Below, in pieces: positions 8,336 through 17,004 of a DNA stretch of 64,000 nt. The translations under genes were made by a program, and so were the position numbers. The notes beneath the pieces were generated by a model, which was given only the letters and a program-made list of their open reading frames with translations, was not told the DNA's origin and did not search any database. Every line of letters begins with the position of its first letter. The first letter of the stretch is position 1. The stretch comes from Candidatus Moraniibacteriota bacterium (lineage in GTDB: Bacteria; Patescibacteriota; Minisyncoccia; Moranbacterales; UBA1568). Where the stretch lies: NCBI GenBank assembly GCA_016699975.1, contig CP064994.1, positions 65,222 to 129,221 of the forward strand, given 5' to 3'.

Positions 8336-11185
8336 ATGGATCACCTGAAAACGGTACTGAGAGAAGCTCGTGCTGCGTGGCGGCGGGAGCGAAATAATCC
8401 TCATTCGTTTGCATCCACGATAGCGACTTCGGCACCCGGAAGATTCTTCTCAAAGATTTTTGCACGACAAAAAATCGGCACGACATCCTTCATTCGCGGA
8501 CCCCTCGGCACTATGAATGTTTCTTCGAATACTCTTTCACGAACACCATCGCCGCGCGACCCCAAACCCCGCGCGGGATTTTGGAAATGGGTACTTCGAA
8601 TCGCAATTGGAATTTTTGTGGGAGGCTTCCTCGCGGTCGTCGGCGTTTTCGCCTATTTTGCAAAAGATCTGCCCAGCCCTGGAAAAGTGAACAGCCGATT
8701 TATCGCCGAGTCGACCAAAATTTTCGACCGCACCGGGACACACCTCCTCTACGAAGTTCACGGCGAGGAAAAACGAACGATTATTCCCTTTTCTGAAATG
8801 CCACAGGTAATCCGCGCCGCCACCATCACTTTGGAAGACCGGGATTTCTATAATCACTATGGTATCAAGCTCGATTCCATCCTCCGTGCCCTCTTCAAGG
8901 ACTTTGTCAAAGGCGGATCAAGGCAGGGCGGCTCCACAATTACGCAGCAGTTTGTAAAAAACTCCCTCCTCACGCCAGAGAAAACACTGACCCGAAAGAT
9001 AAAGGAAGCGATTCTGTCGATAGAGATGGAACAAAAATTTTCGAAAGATGAAATTCTCGCGATGTATTTGAACGAGATTCCCTACGGCGCCAATGCTTAT
9101 GGAATCGAAGCGGCTTCGCAAACTTTTTTCGGAAAGAACGCAAAAAATCTCACTGTTGATGAAGCGGCCCTTCTCGCCGTCCTCCCGAACGCTCCCACAT
9201 ACTATTCTCCGTACGGCTCCCACCTCGACGAACTGAAAGCGAGACAAAAAAATGCGCTTACCCAAATGGCCGCTCTCGGCTATATCACCAAAGAGGCCGC
9301 TGAAGAAGCAAAACAAGTGGAGACCCTCGACAAACTCGTGCCACAACGAGAAGCGATCGCTGCGCCGCACTTCGTCATGTATGTGAAGGAATATCTTGCC
9401 AGGCGCTACGGCGACGAAGAAATCGAGCAAGGCGGGCTGCGAGTCATTACCACTCTCGACTGGGACAAACAGCAAGCCGCAGAAAAAGCGGTTTCGGAAG
9501 GAGCCGAGAAAAATCTTCGCTACAATGCGGAAAATGCCGCGCTCGTTGCGATCGATCCGAAGACCGGACAAATTCTCGCTATGGTTGGTTCGAAAAATTA
9601 CTTCGATACCAAAATAGACGGGCAGGTGAACGTCACCATTCGCGACCGCCAGCCGGGATCCTCCTTTAAGCCTTACGTCTATCTCGCTGCGTTCACCAAG
9701 GGCTATGTGCCCGAGACAATTCTTTATGATGTGCCCACCGAATTTCCGACCGATGACGGAAAAAATTACGCGCCACAAAACTACGATGGAACATTTCATG
9801 GACCTGTCTCGCTCGCAAAAGCGCTCGGCGGATCCCTCAATGTCCCGGCTGTCAAAACGCTCTACTTAGTAGGAGTGAATGATGCCATCGAACTCTCAAA
9901 GAGTCTCGGCATCACCACTCTCACGGAGCCAAAGCGCTATGGCCTTTCTCTCGTTTTGGGAGGAGGCGACGTCAAACTCCTCGATCATGTAAGTGCCTAC
10001 GCAACGCTCGCAACGGGTGGCATACGACGGGAAAAAACTGCCATTCTTCGTATCGAAAACTCGAAGGGCGAAGTGCGGGAAGAATATACTCAGTCGCCTG
10101 GAGAGCGCGTCGTTGGCGAAAAATTTGTCGCCATGCTCGATTCCGTTCTCTCCGAGAACGGAAACCGAGCGTGGATCTTCGGGGAAAATAATCCTCTGCG
10201 GTTCAACAATCGAGCCGTCGTTGCCAAGACCGGTACTACCAACCTCTTTAAAGACGCCTGGACGGTTGGCTATACCCCTTCCCTGGCGGCAGGCGTCTGG
10301 GTAGGAAACAATGATGCCTCTCCCATGAAGCTCGGGGCCGACGGCTCCTATGTCGCCGCTCCCATTTGGCGAGCATTTATGGACAAGGCCCTCGAGAACA
10401 CCGGGACAGAAGAGTTTCCGAAATACCGTCCCGAAGAAGAAATCGCACCGCGCGACGAAAACGGCAACGTCAAAAAAGAAGAGCAAAAAGATGAGAATGC
10501 CGAACAAGCTCCTTCATCCGACACGACATCCAAAGGCGTTCCTGATCCCTTCGAAACCGTCTTCCCGAAAATTGAAAAGCCGCTTCTCGGTGGCTATATG
10601 GAAAAACAAGAAGCCCTCAAAGTCTGTCGCATCCCAGGGAAGGATGATGAATACTGTCTTCCGAGCAAATATTGCCCCGAGAGCGAAGAAGTGAAGCGGG
10701 ACTTCGTAAGCGCAAACGATATTTTGGCCTATGTGGATCGTGACGATCCAAGAGGATCGATCCCAGAAAAACCCGAGCGCGACCCGCAATACAAAGCCTG
10801 GCAAAAAGCTGCGAAAGATTGGTACCAAAAGGATCGCAAAAGAATTTTCTCCGCCCCGCCCGAAAAAGAATGTTCCGAAGAAGATTTCGGCTCCAAGTTC
10901 GATCCCGAGATCTCCCTCTCTGTTCCCGATGAAACAGACTCGTCTTCACTCTCTATTTCCGCAAAAGGAAAAGCGCCTTATGGCGCCGAATCACTCGAAA
11001 TATTTGTCGACGGCGAAAGAATCGCCTCGGACGGAGGAGCTTCACTCTCCACCGATTACTCCATTCCTGATGGAAAGCGAGGGAGCACTCTCTCGATCGA
11101 AGCACGACTCAAGGATAAACTCGGAAACGAAGCGAAAGATACGAAAGATGTCCGCACGAAAGCCCCTGAAACAACGACTCCGTAA
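8336..11185 (+). CDS. ponA: class A penicillin-binding protein (transglycosylase/transpeptidase) with long C-terminal extension
   Basis: A TM anchor is followed by the glycosyltransferase-51 motifs (EDRDFYNHYGI, RQGGSTITQQ) and the transpeptidase motifs (SSFKP, SLN, KTGT). The last ~250 aa are an additional Cys-containing, Ig-like region. An alternative start is the Met at 8513. Confidence 0.9.
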   Translation: MDHLKTVLREARAAWRRERNNPHSFASTIATSAPGRFFSKIFARQKIGTTSFIRGPLGTMNVSSNTLSRTPSPRDPKPRAGFWKWVLRIAIGIFVGGFLAVVGVFAYFAKDLPSPGKVNSRFIAESTKIFDRTGTHLLYEVHGEEKRTIIPFSEMPQVIRAATITLEDRDFYNHYGIKLDSILRALFKDFVKGGSRQGGSTITQQFVKNSLLTPEKTLTRKIKEAILSIEMEQKFSKDEILAMYLNEIPYGANAYGIEAASQTFFGKNAKNLTVDEAALLAVLPNAPTYYSPYGSHLDELKARQKNALTQMAALGYITKEAAEEAKQVETLDKLVPQREAIAAPHFVMYVKEYLARRYGDEEIEQGGLRVITTLDWDKQQAAEKAVSEGAEKNLRYNAENAALVAIDPKTGQILAMVGSKNYFDTKIDGQVNVTIRDRQPGSSFKPYVYLAAFTKGYVPETILYDVPTEFPTDDGKNYAPQNYDGTFHGPVSLAKALGGSLNVPAVKTLYLVGVNDAIELSKSLGITTLTEPKRYGLSLVLGGGDVKLLDHVSAYATLATGGIRREKTAILRIENSKGEVREEYTQSPGERVVGEKFVAMLDSVLSENGNRAWIFGENNPLRFNNRAVVAKTGTTNLFKDAWTVGYTPSLAAGVWVGNNDASPMKLGADGSYVAAPIWRAFMDKALENTGTEEFPKYRPEEEIAPRDENGNVKKEEQKDENAEQAPSSDTTSKGVPDPFETVFPKIEKPLLGGYMEKQEALKVCRIPGKDDEYCLPSKYCPESEEVKRDFVSANDILAYVDRDDPRGSIPEKPERDPQYKAWQKAAKDWYQKDRKRIFSAPPEKECSEEDFGSKFDPEISLSVPDETDSSSLSISAKGKAPYGAESLEIFVDGERIASDGGASLSTDYSIPDGKRGSTLSIEARLKDKLGNEAKDTKDVRTKAPETTTP

Positions 11186-11251
11186 CACAGAGGCGTGAGG
11201 AAGCACAAGAAGAAGAAAGACAGGAAGAAAACACCTGAATACTCAAAAAGA

Positions 11252-11295
11252 GCGCCCTTTCTCGTACTGTGCGAGAAAGGGCGCATTTCTCTTTC
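11252..11295 (+). terminator. rho-independent terminator (13-bp perfect stem, T-rich tail)
   Basis: Stem GCGCCCTTTCTCG, loop TACTGTG, stem CGAGAAAGGGCGC, then ATTTCTCTTTC. It lies 67 nt after the PBP stop. Confidence 0.6.
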
Positions 11296-11401
11296 AATGC
11301 TCTATTGATTACTCATCAATTCAATAAAATAATGTAAACAAAAGCGAATTTTGTGAAAGAAGAAAGGGTTCTTTTTGAAGAAATCTGAGCGTATTTCAAT
11401 A

Positions 11402-11426
11402 AATATAGGCCACAAATATAGGCCAC
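11402..11426. repeat. tandem direct repeat AATATAGGCCAC x2
   Basis: Two adjacent 12/13-nt copies sit in the 400-bp non-coding gap between convergent genes. Confidence 0.5.
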
Positions 11427-11698
11427 GGTAAGTTTGAGCAGTATCTCTTTTCGTTTCTCTTGCAAAAAAATGACAGAAAGTCATTCCTCTCGAGAATTTT
11501 TCGAAGAAACAAAAACATATTTCCTCGTACGAGATTCCTCGCATTTTCAATCACTTCTTCACCGGGGACAAGGCCTGTCCTAAGCAGCAACACGAGTATG
11601 GGGAATCACATTTTCTTGCCCACTCATGAGTTTTCTCCAACTCAATTGTTTTTACAAGAAACGCATCTTTTTCTTCCAGGACTCCTCTCAATTTCCTC

Positions 11699-12292
11699 CT
11701 ATTGCTTCCGGAGGCTTTTAATCTCTTCTGTGAGCGACTGAACGAGGATCTCTATCTTCTCCAATTTTCGATCCGTCTCGGCTTTCTCATCCTTCTCTTT
11801 CCTTTCTTCTTCGCCGATATCTTCCACATCCTCCTGAATGCCATCCACGTCCTTCTGAATATCCTCGACGTCGTCCCCGATTTCTTCCACTTCTTTCTGA
11901 ATTCCCTCGACATCTTCGCCGATTTCTTCGACGTTTTCCTGAATCCCTTCAATATCTTCGGAAATGTCTTCTACATCTTCGCGAATATCTTCGATATGTT
12001 CGTGCACCTCGGTAATGTCTTTTGCCTGACGATTCACAGTCATCTGAATAAAGATCGCGAGATAAATCGCCTCGAGCGAGACGAGTGTTGTGAGGAGAAG
12101 GAGAATTTGATCGAAAGAGAATCCGAAAAACGAAAGCGTAAAGATGCCCACAAAAAGAAACGTGTGCACAAGAAGCGACATCGGAGACCCAATAGAACGC
12201 GCAAACCGCTCCGCGCCTCGCTCAAGTGGCGAAGTTGCAAAGGGGGAGCGCTGCTCTTCTGGAAGTTTCGGTTTATCGAGTGGGTTCGACAT
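11699..12292 (-). CDS. DUF1003 family membrane protein with acidic tandem-repeat C-terminal tail
   Basis: The two-TM core FDQILLLLTTLVSLEAIYLAIFIQMTVNRQAKD matches the DUF1003 signature (FDPYPF..LNL.LS.EAA..AP.ILMSQNRQ). The tail consists of about seven imperfect 8-aa repeats (EDVEDIxx). Confidence 0.6.
   Translation of the reverse strand: MSNPLDKPKLPEEQRSPFATSPLERGAERFARSIGSPMSLLVHTFLFVGIFTLSFFGFSFDQILLLLTTLVSLEAIYLAIFIQMTVNRQAKDITEVHEHIEDIREDVEDISEDIEGIQENVEEIGEDVEGIQKEVEEIGDDVEDIQKDVDGIQEDVEDIGEEERKEKDEKAETDRKLEKIEILVQSLTEEIKSLRKQ
11806..12000 (-). repeat. 24-nt period imperfect tandem repeats (coding, acidic octapeptide repeats)
   Basis: Repeating units of the form gatatcttccacatcctcctgaat... 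encode E/D-V-E-D-I repeats within the DUF1003 gene. Confidence 0.5.
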
Positions 12293-12322
12293 AGAAACAG
12301 TCTATCACGACTCTCTCTCCGG

Positions 12323-12360
12323 AAAAACAAAAAAGAGGAGATCGAACCACCGATCTCCTC
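12323..12360 (-). terminator. rho-independent terminator on minus strand (10-bp stem GAGGAGATCG/CGATCTCCTC followed by U-run)
   Basis: On the minus strand the hairpin is followed by TTTTTTGTTTTT. It lies just downstream of the small membrane-protein gene ending at 12374. Confidence 0.5.
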
Positions 12361-12373
12361 GAAACCTTCACCC

Positions 12374-12601
12374 TTACAGTACGTTCATTGAACTCACTGC
12401 AAGGGTGATAACATACCCCGCAATCCATGCGAGAATCCTCCCTATCAACGTCTCTTCTCGATCGGCGACGATAATGCCAATCGAGCAAAGCGCCCAGGAA
12501 GGGAGAAAAAATACTGACTGGTCGTGCGGCATTACTATTTCCAAAATTACCGCGATGACCACGTAGGGGAGCGCTTCCAGCGCACCCCAGATTATTTTCA
12601 T
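12374..12601 (-). CDS. small membrane protein (hypothetical, 75 aa)
   Basis: A strong SD (AGGAGGCGGAAATG) precedes the ATG, and there are two hydrophobic helices. Confidence 0.45.
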   Translation of the reverse strand: MKIIWGALEALPYVVIAVILEIVMPHDQSVFFLPSWALCSIGIIVADREETLIGRILAWIAGYVITLAVSSMNVL

Positions 12602-12677
12602 TTCCGCCTCCTCTCGTATCCCAACCCGGATATTGGGACACTCCCCAAAGAACATTCGCGACTCCGGCGCGAAAAAA

Positions 12678-13019
12678 CTACTTCTCCTGCTCCGACAACT
12701 CCCCGACATCCGCCGGTTTATCGTTAAAGCAGTTTTCCTCCACCCAGCACTTCCTGTGCACGGGAGTGAGTGGACCAAATATTGGCCCGTCTTCCGCAAG
12801 CAAAATATCTCTCGCGGATTCAAAACTCCTGTATGGCGGGCATATCCTCCTTGCCGCATGCTCCCGCACAGTTGGGCCGATATTTCCGACCGCCTGTCCA
12901 GTAACTGCATACACGAGGCTACTCGCGTATGCAAACCATTCAACATCCGATTTCATCGGATATTTTTCACGAGCAGCTTGGACCGCTCGCAAAAATAAAA
13001 TGCTTATGTCATCATCCAT
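12678..13019 (-). CDS. hypothetical protein (113 aa)
   Basis: An AAGGAGGG SD sits 7 nt upstream of the ATG. No recognisable domain. Confidence 0.45.
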   Translation of the reverse strand: MDDDISILFLRAVQAAREKYPMKSDVEWFAYASSLVYAVTGQAVGNIGPTVREHAARRICPPYRSFESARDILLAEDGPIFGPLTPVHRKCWVEENCFNDKPADVGELSEQEK

Positions 13020-13031
13020 TGCATTCCCTCC

Positions 13032-13355
13032 TTACTTGCCGCCAAACTTCTTCGCAAGGGCGGCGAGCAAATCCGCGGAAGCCGGTTTCTGCCCTCCTTC
13101 CTCCTGAGGATTCGGGAGCGGATTCATCCCTGCTTGCCTCCGAATTCGATCAATTTTCTCCCTTTCTTTCGGATCTTTCGGAGGAAGCTTGTCCAGTTTC
13201 CCGTTTACCAGACGGAACCCGCAATCCGTTGCGCGAGCGCGAATATCTTCCATGATCGCTTCCGCCCACTCGGCAAGTTCCGCCGAATATTCTTTCTCGT
13301 CTTCCGGGGACTGCCAATACGAGCGGAGAGGAAACTCTTTTAGAGTCTCATCCAA
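13032..13355 (-). CDS. hypothetical protein (107 aa)
   Basis: Protein-like composition, and it lies in the same minus-strand operon. No recognisable domain. Confidence 0.4.
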   Translation of the reverse strand: MDETLKEFPLRSYWQSPEDEKEYSAELAEWAEAIMEDIRARATDCGFRLVNGKLDKLPPKDPKEREKIDRIRRQAGMNPLPNPQEEGGQKPASADLLAALAKKFGGK

Positions 13356-14809
13356 CTCATACAGGTCAGCCCGAACTCCATAAAAATATTTCTCGCCTCT
13401 TCAAAGGCGCGAACCGCCCTTTCATGGGCTGTGTTGGCAGCTTCCCAGCCTGCGACAATTCCCTGCCGGCGCGAAACTTCCAGCTCATACGCCTCCTTGC
13501 CTTCGCGGAGAATCTTCTCAATAATTCTCTCGCAAGCCTTTCCATAGGCGCTCTCCCATTTTTCCCGATCGGACTCGGGAACAAATTTGAGGCACCCGCG
13601 GTATGGGTTGTTGCGAGCAAGCTCACGGATCTCCTTCCGGGCATACTCACTCGCCTGCTCGAGAATTTCCCGAGCTCCCTGGAGCATCCCTTCTTCACTC
13701 ACTTCCTGAGAGAAGAAAAGTTTCTGCCGTTCTTCTCCGGAAAGCCCCCAGGAGATTACTCGCCTGGTCACCCAGGTCTCGTAACACCCCCCAGACCGAA
13801 ACCCATCATCGGACTCCGGATAACTCACCCACTGTCGAGATGAAACGGTTTCCATACCGATTTCCCCTGGAGCCTCGAAAGACGCTCGTTCCTTCTCCGC
13901 TTCGAACAGTTTCCGTACCGGTTCGGTTACGGAGAAAGTTTCTTCCGCCGCCTGTTCCGGCGACGGAATCGAACGCCTCATTCTTTCCGCGATTTCTCGC
14001 TGTTCGGCCGCCGGAACAAGTTCCCAGAGCTTGTCCGGACAACTAATCCAGGACCCTCGACCCGAGAGAACCTCGGGGGAGAAAGTCACCTCCGGAAACC
14101 GGCATAACCGGAATGTTCCGGTTATGCTAATTTCATTTACGGGGTTCCATCCTTCCGGGACCTTGGAAAGCGTACCCGGCACATACTCCGCCTCCCACGC
14201 CCGAGTCGCCTCTTCCCAGGAAAGGCGCTTTTCTCCGGGGAGTTTCGGCTCATCTAGTCCAACCCCTCCATACAGGAGGCGGTTCGGATCCATACACCGA
14301 TCGCCGACTCCATTCCAAAAAAATCGAACAGTGTTGTGCTTGCTCGATTCCGTCCGGTCAGGCAGACCGAAAAGCGCAAAGACTTTCCAGGGATCTGGTC
14401 CCTGGAAAACCTCGCGTCGATCCTTGACTTCCCGATACTGGCGGTTTTCCTCTGGTTCATTGGTAGGCGTCCCGCCTAAGTGGGACCAATCTTCGAATCC
14501 TTCTTCGACGCACCGCCATTCATGGCGGCGGAATCCGGAAATCGGTTCGCCGACCGCTATCCAACCAAACCGAGCTGGCCGGATCGGCCTTACAAAGAGA
14601 ACTCCTTTCCTCTCACCCGGCTTCGTTTCCCCAGTAATCTCCACAAGGAAGAGCCGATTTTCTTCCAGCTCGATACCCTTCGGGTTCCCCCGATTGGCGC
14701 GATCGACAAAAACGATTTTTTTAGGGACATCGCCCGCTTGAATTGTCCCTTTCCATCCATCATTTCCATTCGTCCACAAAATAAGTGCGATTTTTTTCAC
14801 GTTCACGAG
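13340..14809 (-). CDS. large hypothetical protein (~490 aa)
   Basis: A GTG start is preceded by GGAGGAG. Minus-strand composition is protein-like, whereas the overlapping plus-strand ORFs are S/R/P-rich antisense artefacts. No recognisable domain. Confidence 0.5.
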   Translation of the reverse strand, partial: LVNVKKIALILWTNGNDGWKGTIQAGDVPKKIVFVDRANRGNPKGIELEENRLFLVEITGETKPGERKGVLFVRPIRPARFGWIAVGEPISGFRRHEWRCVEEGFEDWSHLGGTPTNEPEENRQYREVKDRREVFQGPDPWKVFALFGLPDRTESSKHNTVRFFWNGVGDRCMDPNRLLYGGVGLDEPKLPGEKRLSWEEATRAWEAEYVPGTLSKVPEGWNPVNEISITGTFRLCRFPEVTFSPEVLSGRGSWISCPDKLWELVPAAEQREIAERMRRSIPSPEQAAEETFSVTEPVRKLFEAEKERASFEAPGEIGMETVSSRQWVSYPESDDGFRSGGCYETWVTRRVISWGLSGEERQKLFFSQEVSEEGMLQGAREILEQASEYARKEIRELARNNPYRGCLKFVPESDREKWESAYGKACERIIEKILREGKEAYELEVSRRQGIVAGWEAANTAHERAVRAFEEARNIFMEFGLTCMSWMRL

Positions 14810-14953
14810 AAAACTCCTCCGCGTTTTTAAAAAAACAGACAACTCTCTCCGCCTTCGATTGTTTTTGAAGTAATCAAAGGCGAGGTTGAGCGGGGAGGGA
14901 TGCGATATCACTGTATGCACCCTCCCTCCCGCTAGTACAGATCTAATCTGGCG

Positions 14954-15751
14954 CTACCGGTATTTCGGTGCGCCCCTAACTGTCCCTGTTTCTTTCCAGC
15001 TGCCGTCTTCTTGTTGCTCGAAGACGGCATACATTTGTTTGCCAAAATCATAGCAAACCCCCACCCTTTTTGATCCGAGTGGGGATGGGATCAATTCTAT
15101 GTTTCCGTTTCCGGGGTTACCCTTCCCCGAATGACGGAGGAATGCTTCCAATCCCCGAGTATTCCATTCCTCCCAAATGGGTCGCATCCTATCGACGCCT
15201 TCCTGCGCCTCCTGGAGGGACTTTGCTCGGACACTCCAGTCCGAGAAAACTTCCTGCTCTAGAGTAACCAATACTACAGAGTCATCATCGAAGTAAGCAC
15301 GGATGCTCACTCCAGGGATCGTCGCCATCACCCTTTCTCGGAGCACTTCGACTTCTTCTTCCCTTTTCTTTTCCGCGTCGGCCTCCTCTTGCTCCGCACT
15401 CTTGTAGAAACGGACACGGCCCGGATTGAAATTTTCGGGAAGAATTACCCCCTCCCCAAATCCATTCCGCCACTGAAATTCATAGATTATGATGGCGTGA
15501 GGAATCTTGTTATGCAACTCCTTTGCCTCCGTTTCGCCAAATCTTCCAAATTTGGCATAAATTACAGTGTAACCCTTGAGATCAATTCCCTCCAGCCCCT
15601 GCTTTGGCAGGATAGCTTCCGGCATGCTCTCTTTTGAGAGGCAAACTGTAACCGCTTCTCCCTTACGACGAAACTTAATACTTAATTTCCATCTTTTCTC
15701 TCCTTCAATTTTAAGTAATAAAGAAATTGAAACAAAAAAATTCCACCACAT
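14954..15751 (-). CDS. hypothetical protein (265 aa)
   Basis: Long minus-strand ORF lying 36 nt downstream of the shared ~70-nt repeat. No recognisable domain. Confidence 0.5.
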   Translation of the reverse strand: MWWNFFVSISLLLKIEGEKRWKLSIKFRRKGEAVTVCLSKESMPEAILPKQGLEGIDLKGYTVIYAKFGRFGETEAKELHNKIPHAIIIYEFQWRNGFGEGVILPENFNPGRVRFYKSAEQEEADAEKKREEEVEVLRERVMATIPGVSIRAYFDDDSVVLVTLEQEVFSDWSVRAKSLQEAQEGVDRMRPIWEEWNTRGLEAFLRHSGKGNPGNGNIELIPSPLGSKRVGVCYDFGKQMYAVFEQQEDGSWKETGTVRGAPKYR

Positions 15752-15786
15752 TAACCTAACCGTTTCCGTTAAAATTAATGTGGGTT

Positions 15787-15856
15787 GAATTTTTAAAGAA
15801 CTTCTTCCTCCGAACCTTCAAATCAAATACTTTGAAGATTCTATTGGAAGGAGGAG
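15787..15856 (-). repeat. ~70-nt promoter-like repeat, copy A (upstream of gene 14954..15751)
   Basis: About 80% identical to copy B. Conserved blocks AAAGAACTTCTTCCTCCGAACC and TTGAAGATTCTATTGGAAGG flank a variable hairpin. On the minus strand it reads TTGAAG...N18...TTTAAAAAT. Confidence 0.5.
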
Positions 15857-15977
15857 CCATGCTATGTACTCCTCCAAAAAAATCAAACGTTTTCACGCAC
15901 ATTTTTTCTCGAAGCCGTGCGCAGGCTCCGCTCCTCCCGCGTCTGTCTCACCACAGTCGCGAAAAGAAGATTTTGGA

Positions 15978-16898
15978 CTAGCGGGTCATCATGACCCGCA
16001 TCGCCCTCAATACAAGGGCGATTCGCTCCACTTCGGCAGCGCGCTGGAACGCGCCACCGAAGCCTTCAAGAACAACCAGCGCCGGGCGCTTGTTGTTGGT
16101 CGCTTCCTGCGACCATCTTTCCTGGCAAACGGCGCGAAACTTCAGCGCCATTTCATCATCCTTGAATCCCACCTGGATTCGCCCTTTTTCAGGGCGGGTC
16201 CAGATGGCCCATTTATTTCCCTTGGCCGATTCGGCCAAGACACAATCTCCGCGATCCCCTTCGTACACCTTTTCTCCGTGTACGATGGAAATTTCCTGGG
16301 AAACGTTTAAAGGGCTTCCCGCCCTTTTTAACCATTTCTCAAAGATCTCCTTTTTCTGCAGAGTATCAATCTTCCAGGGCCCACCGCAGTGGGCCTTCAG
16401 AATCACTCGGCGATCCTCAAGTGGTACGATTTCTTCTCCTTGGAGAATCGCTTTTTCCATAGCGAGAAGTGGGTCCTCCTCCTCGCCGGCAGCCCGACGG
16501 GCTGCTGCTTCCATGCAGATTCTTTCCGTCACGGCATCCATGCCGTCGGGGTCGACGAGCCGAATAAGTCCCTGAACTGACTCCGGCGCGACCTCAATGG
16601 CCGCATCGAAAATATAATCCTTGTCAATAGCAAGGTGGGGGCACTCCAGCTCCAACAAACTTTGTATTTCGGGGGTCATATCGACTCCCCCCTCATTGTC
16701 CAGGGAGATCAGGCTCTCTCCGGATAAAAATCTCCCAACCTCTTCTTGGTAGTCGGAATACTCTTCTCTCGAAAAAACAATTTCTTGGAAATTTAGAGCC
16801 ACTTTCTTTCTCCTCTTCTTTGGAGTTTGAACCCTTCCTGCCATGGCGGACAGTGCTGAAGGGCTGCCGAAGAATTCGACGCACGACTTTGGAAACAT
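15978..16898 (-). CDS. hypothetical protein (306 aa)
   Basis: Long minus-strand ORF lying 36 nt downstream of copy B of the repeat. No recognisable domain. Confidence 0.5.
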   Translation of the reverse strand: MFPKSCVEFFGSPSALSAMAGRVQTPKKRRKKVALNFQEIVFSREEYSDYQEEVGRFLSGESLISLDNEGGVDMTPEIQSLLELECPHLAIDKDYIFDAAIEVAPESVQGLIRLVDPDGMDAVTERICMEAAARRAAGEEEDPLLAMEKAILQGEEIVPLEDRRVILKAHCGGPWKIDTLQKKEIFEKWLKRAGSPLNVSQEISIVHGEKVYEGDRGDCVLAESAKGNKWAIWTRPEKGRIQVGFKDDEMALKFRAVCQERWSQEATNNKRPALVVLEGFGGAFQRAAEVERIALVLRAMRVMMTR

Positions 16899-16934
16899 CC
16901 TTTCAAAACCCCGCGTCGAATTCTTGGCTTTCTC

Positions 16935-17004
16935 GAATTTTAAAGAACTTCTTCCTCCGAACCCTCAAACATGTTTCAGATTGAAGATTCTATTGGAAGG
17001 GAGA
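16935..17004 (-). repeat. ~70-nt promoter-like repeat, copy B (upstream of gene 15978..16898)
   Basis: Same conserved blocks as copy A, with the same 35-36 nt spacing to the start codon. Confidence 0.5.

Noticed and set aside
109-11000. Numerous 60-300-aa ORFs on the opposite strand of ruvB, the PBP gene and others (e.g. 122..745 -, 8918..9799 -, 9896..10507 -)
   Set aside because: They are shadow ORFs lying entirely within well-supported genes on the other strand. They lack motifs or start-site context.
11806-12000. Regularly spaced ~24-nt repeats that might at first be taken for a CRISPR-like array
   Set aside because: The repeats are imperfect and contiguous with no spacers. They lie inside a long ORF and translate to an acidic octapeptide repeat in a DUF1003 protein. 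No CRISPR array was found anywhere in the window.
12335-12360. tRNA-like T-arm sequence (GGTGGTTCGATC) suggesting a tRNA gene
   Set aside because: The surrounding sequence forms a simple 10-bp hairpin followed by a U-run on the minus strand, with no acceptor, D or anticodon arms. It is a terminator, not a tRNA. I found no convincing tRNA, rRNA, tmRNA or RNase P RNA motifs by eye, but a covariance-model scan is needed for certainty.
13424-14741. Plus-strand ORFs (13603..14046, 14031..14741, up to 236 aa) overlapping the minus-strand ~490-aa gene
   Set aside because: Their translations are extremely Ser/Arg/Pro-rich and low-complexity, as expected for the antisense frames of a GC-rich gene. 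The minus-strand frame has balanced composition and an SD-GTG start.
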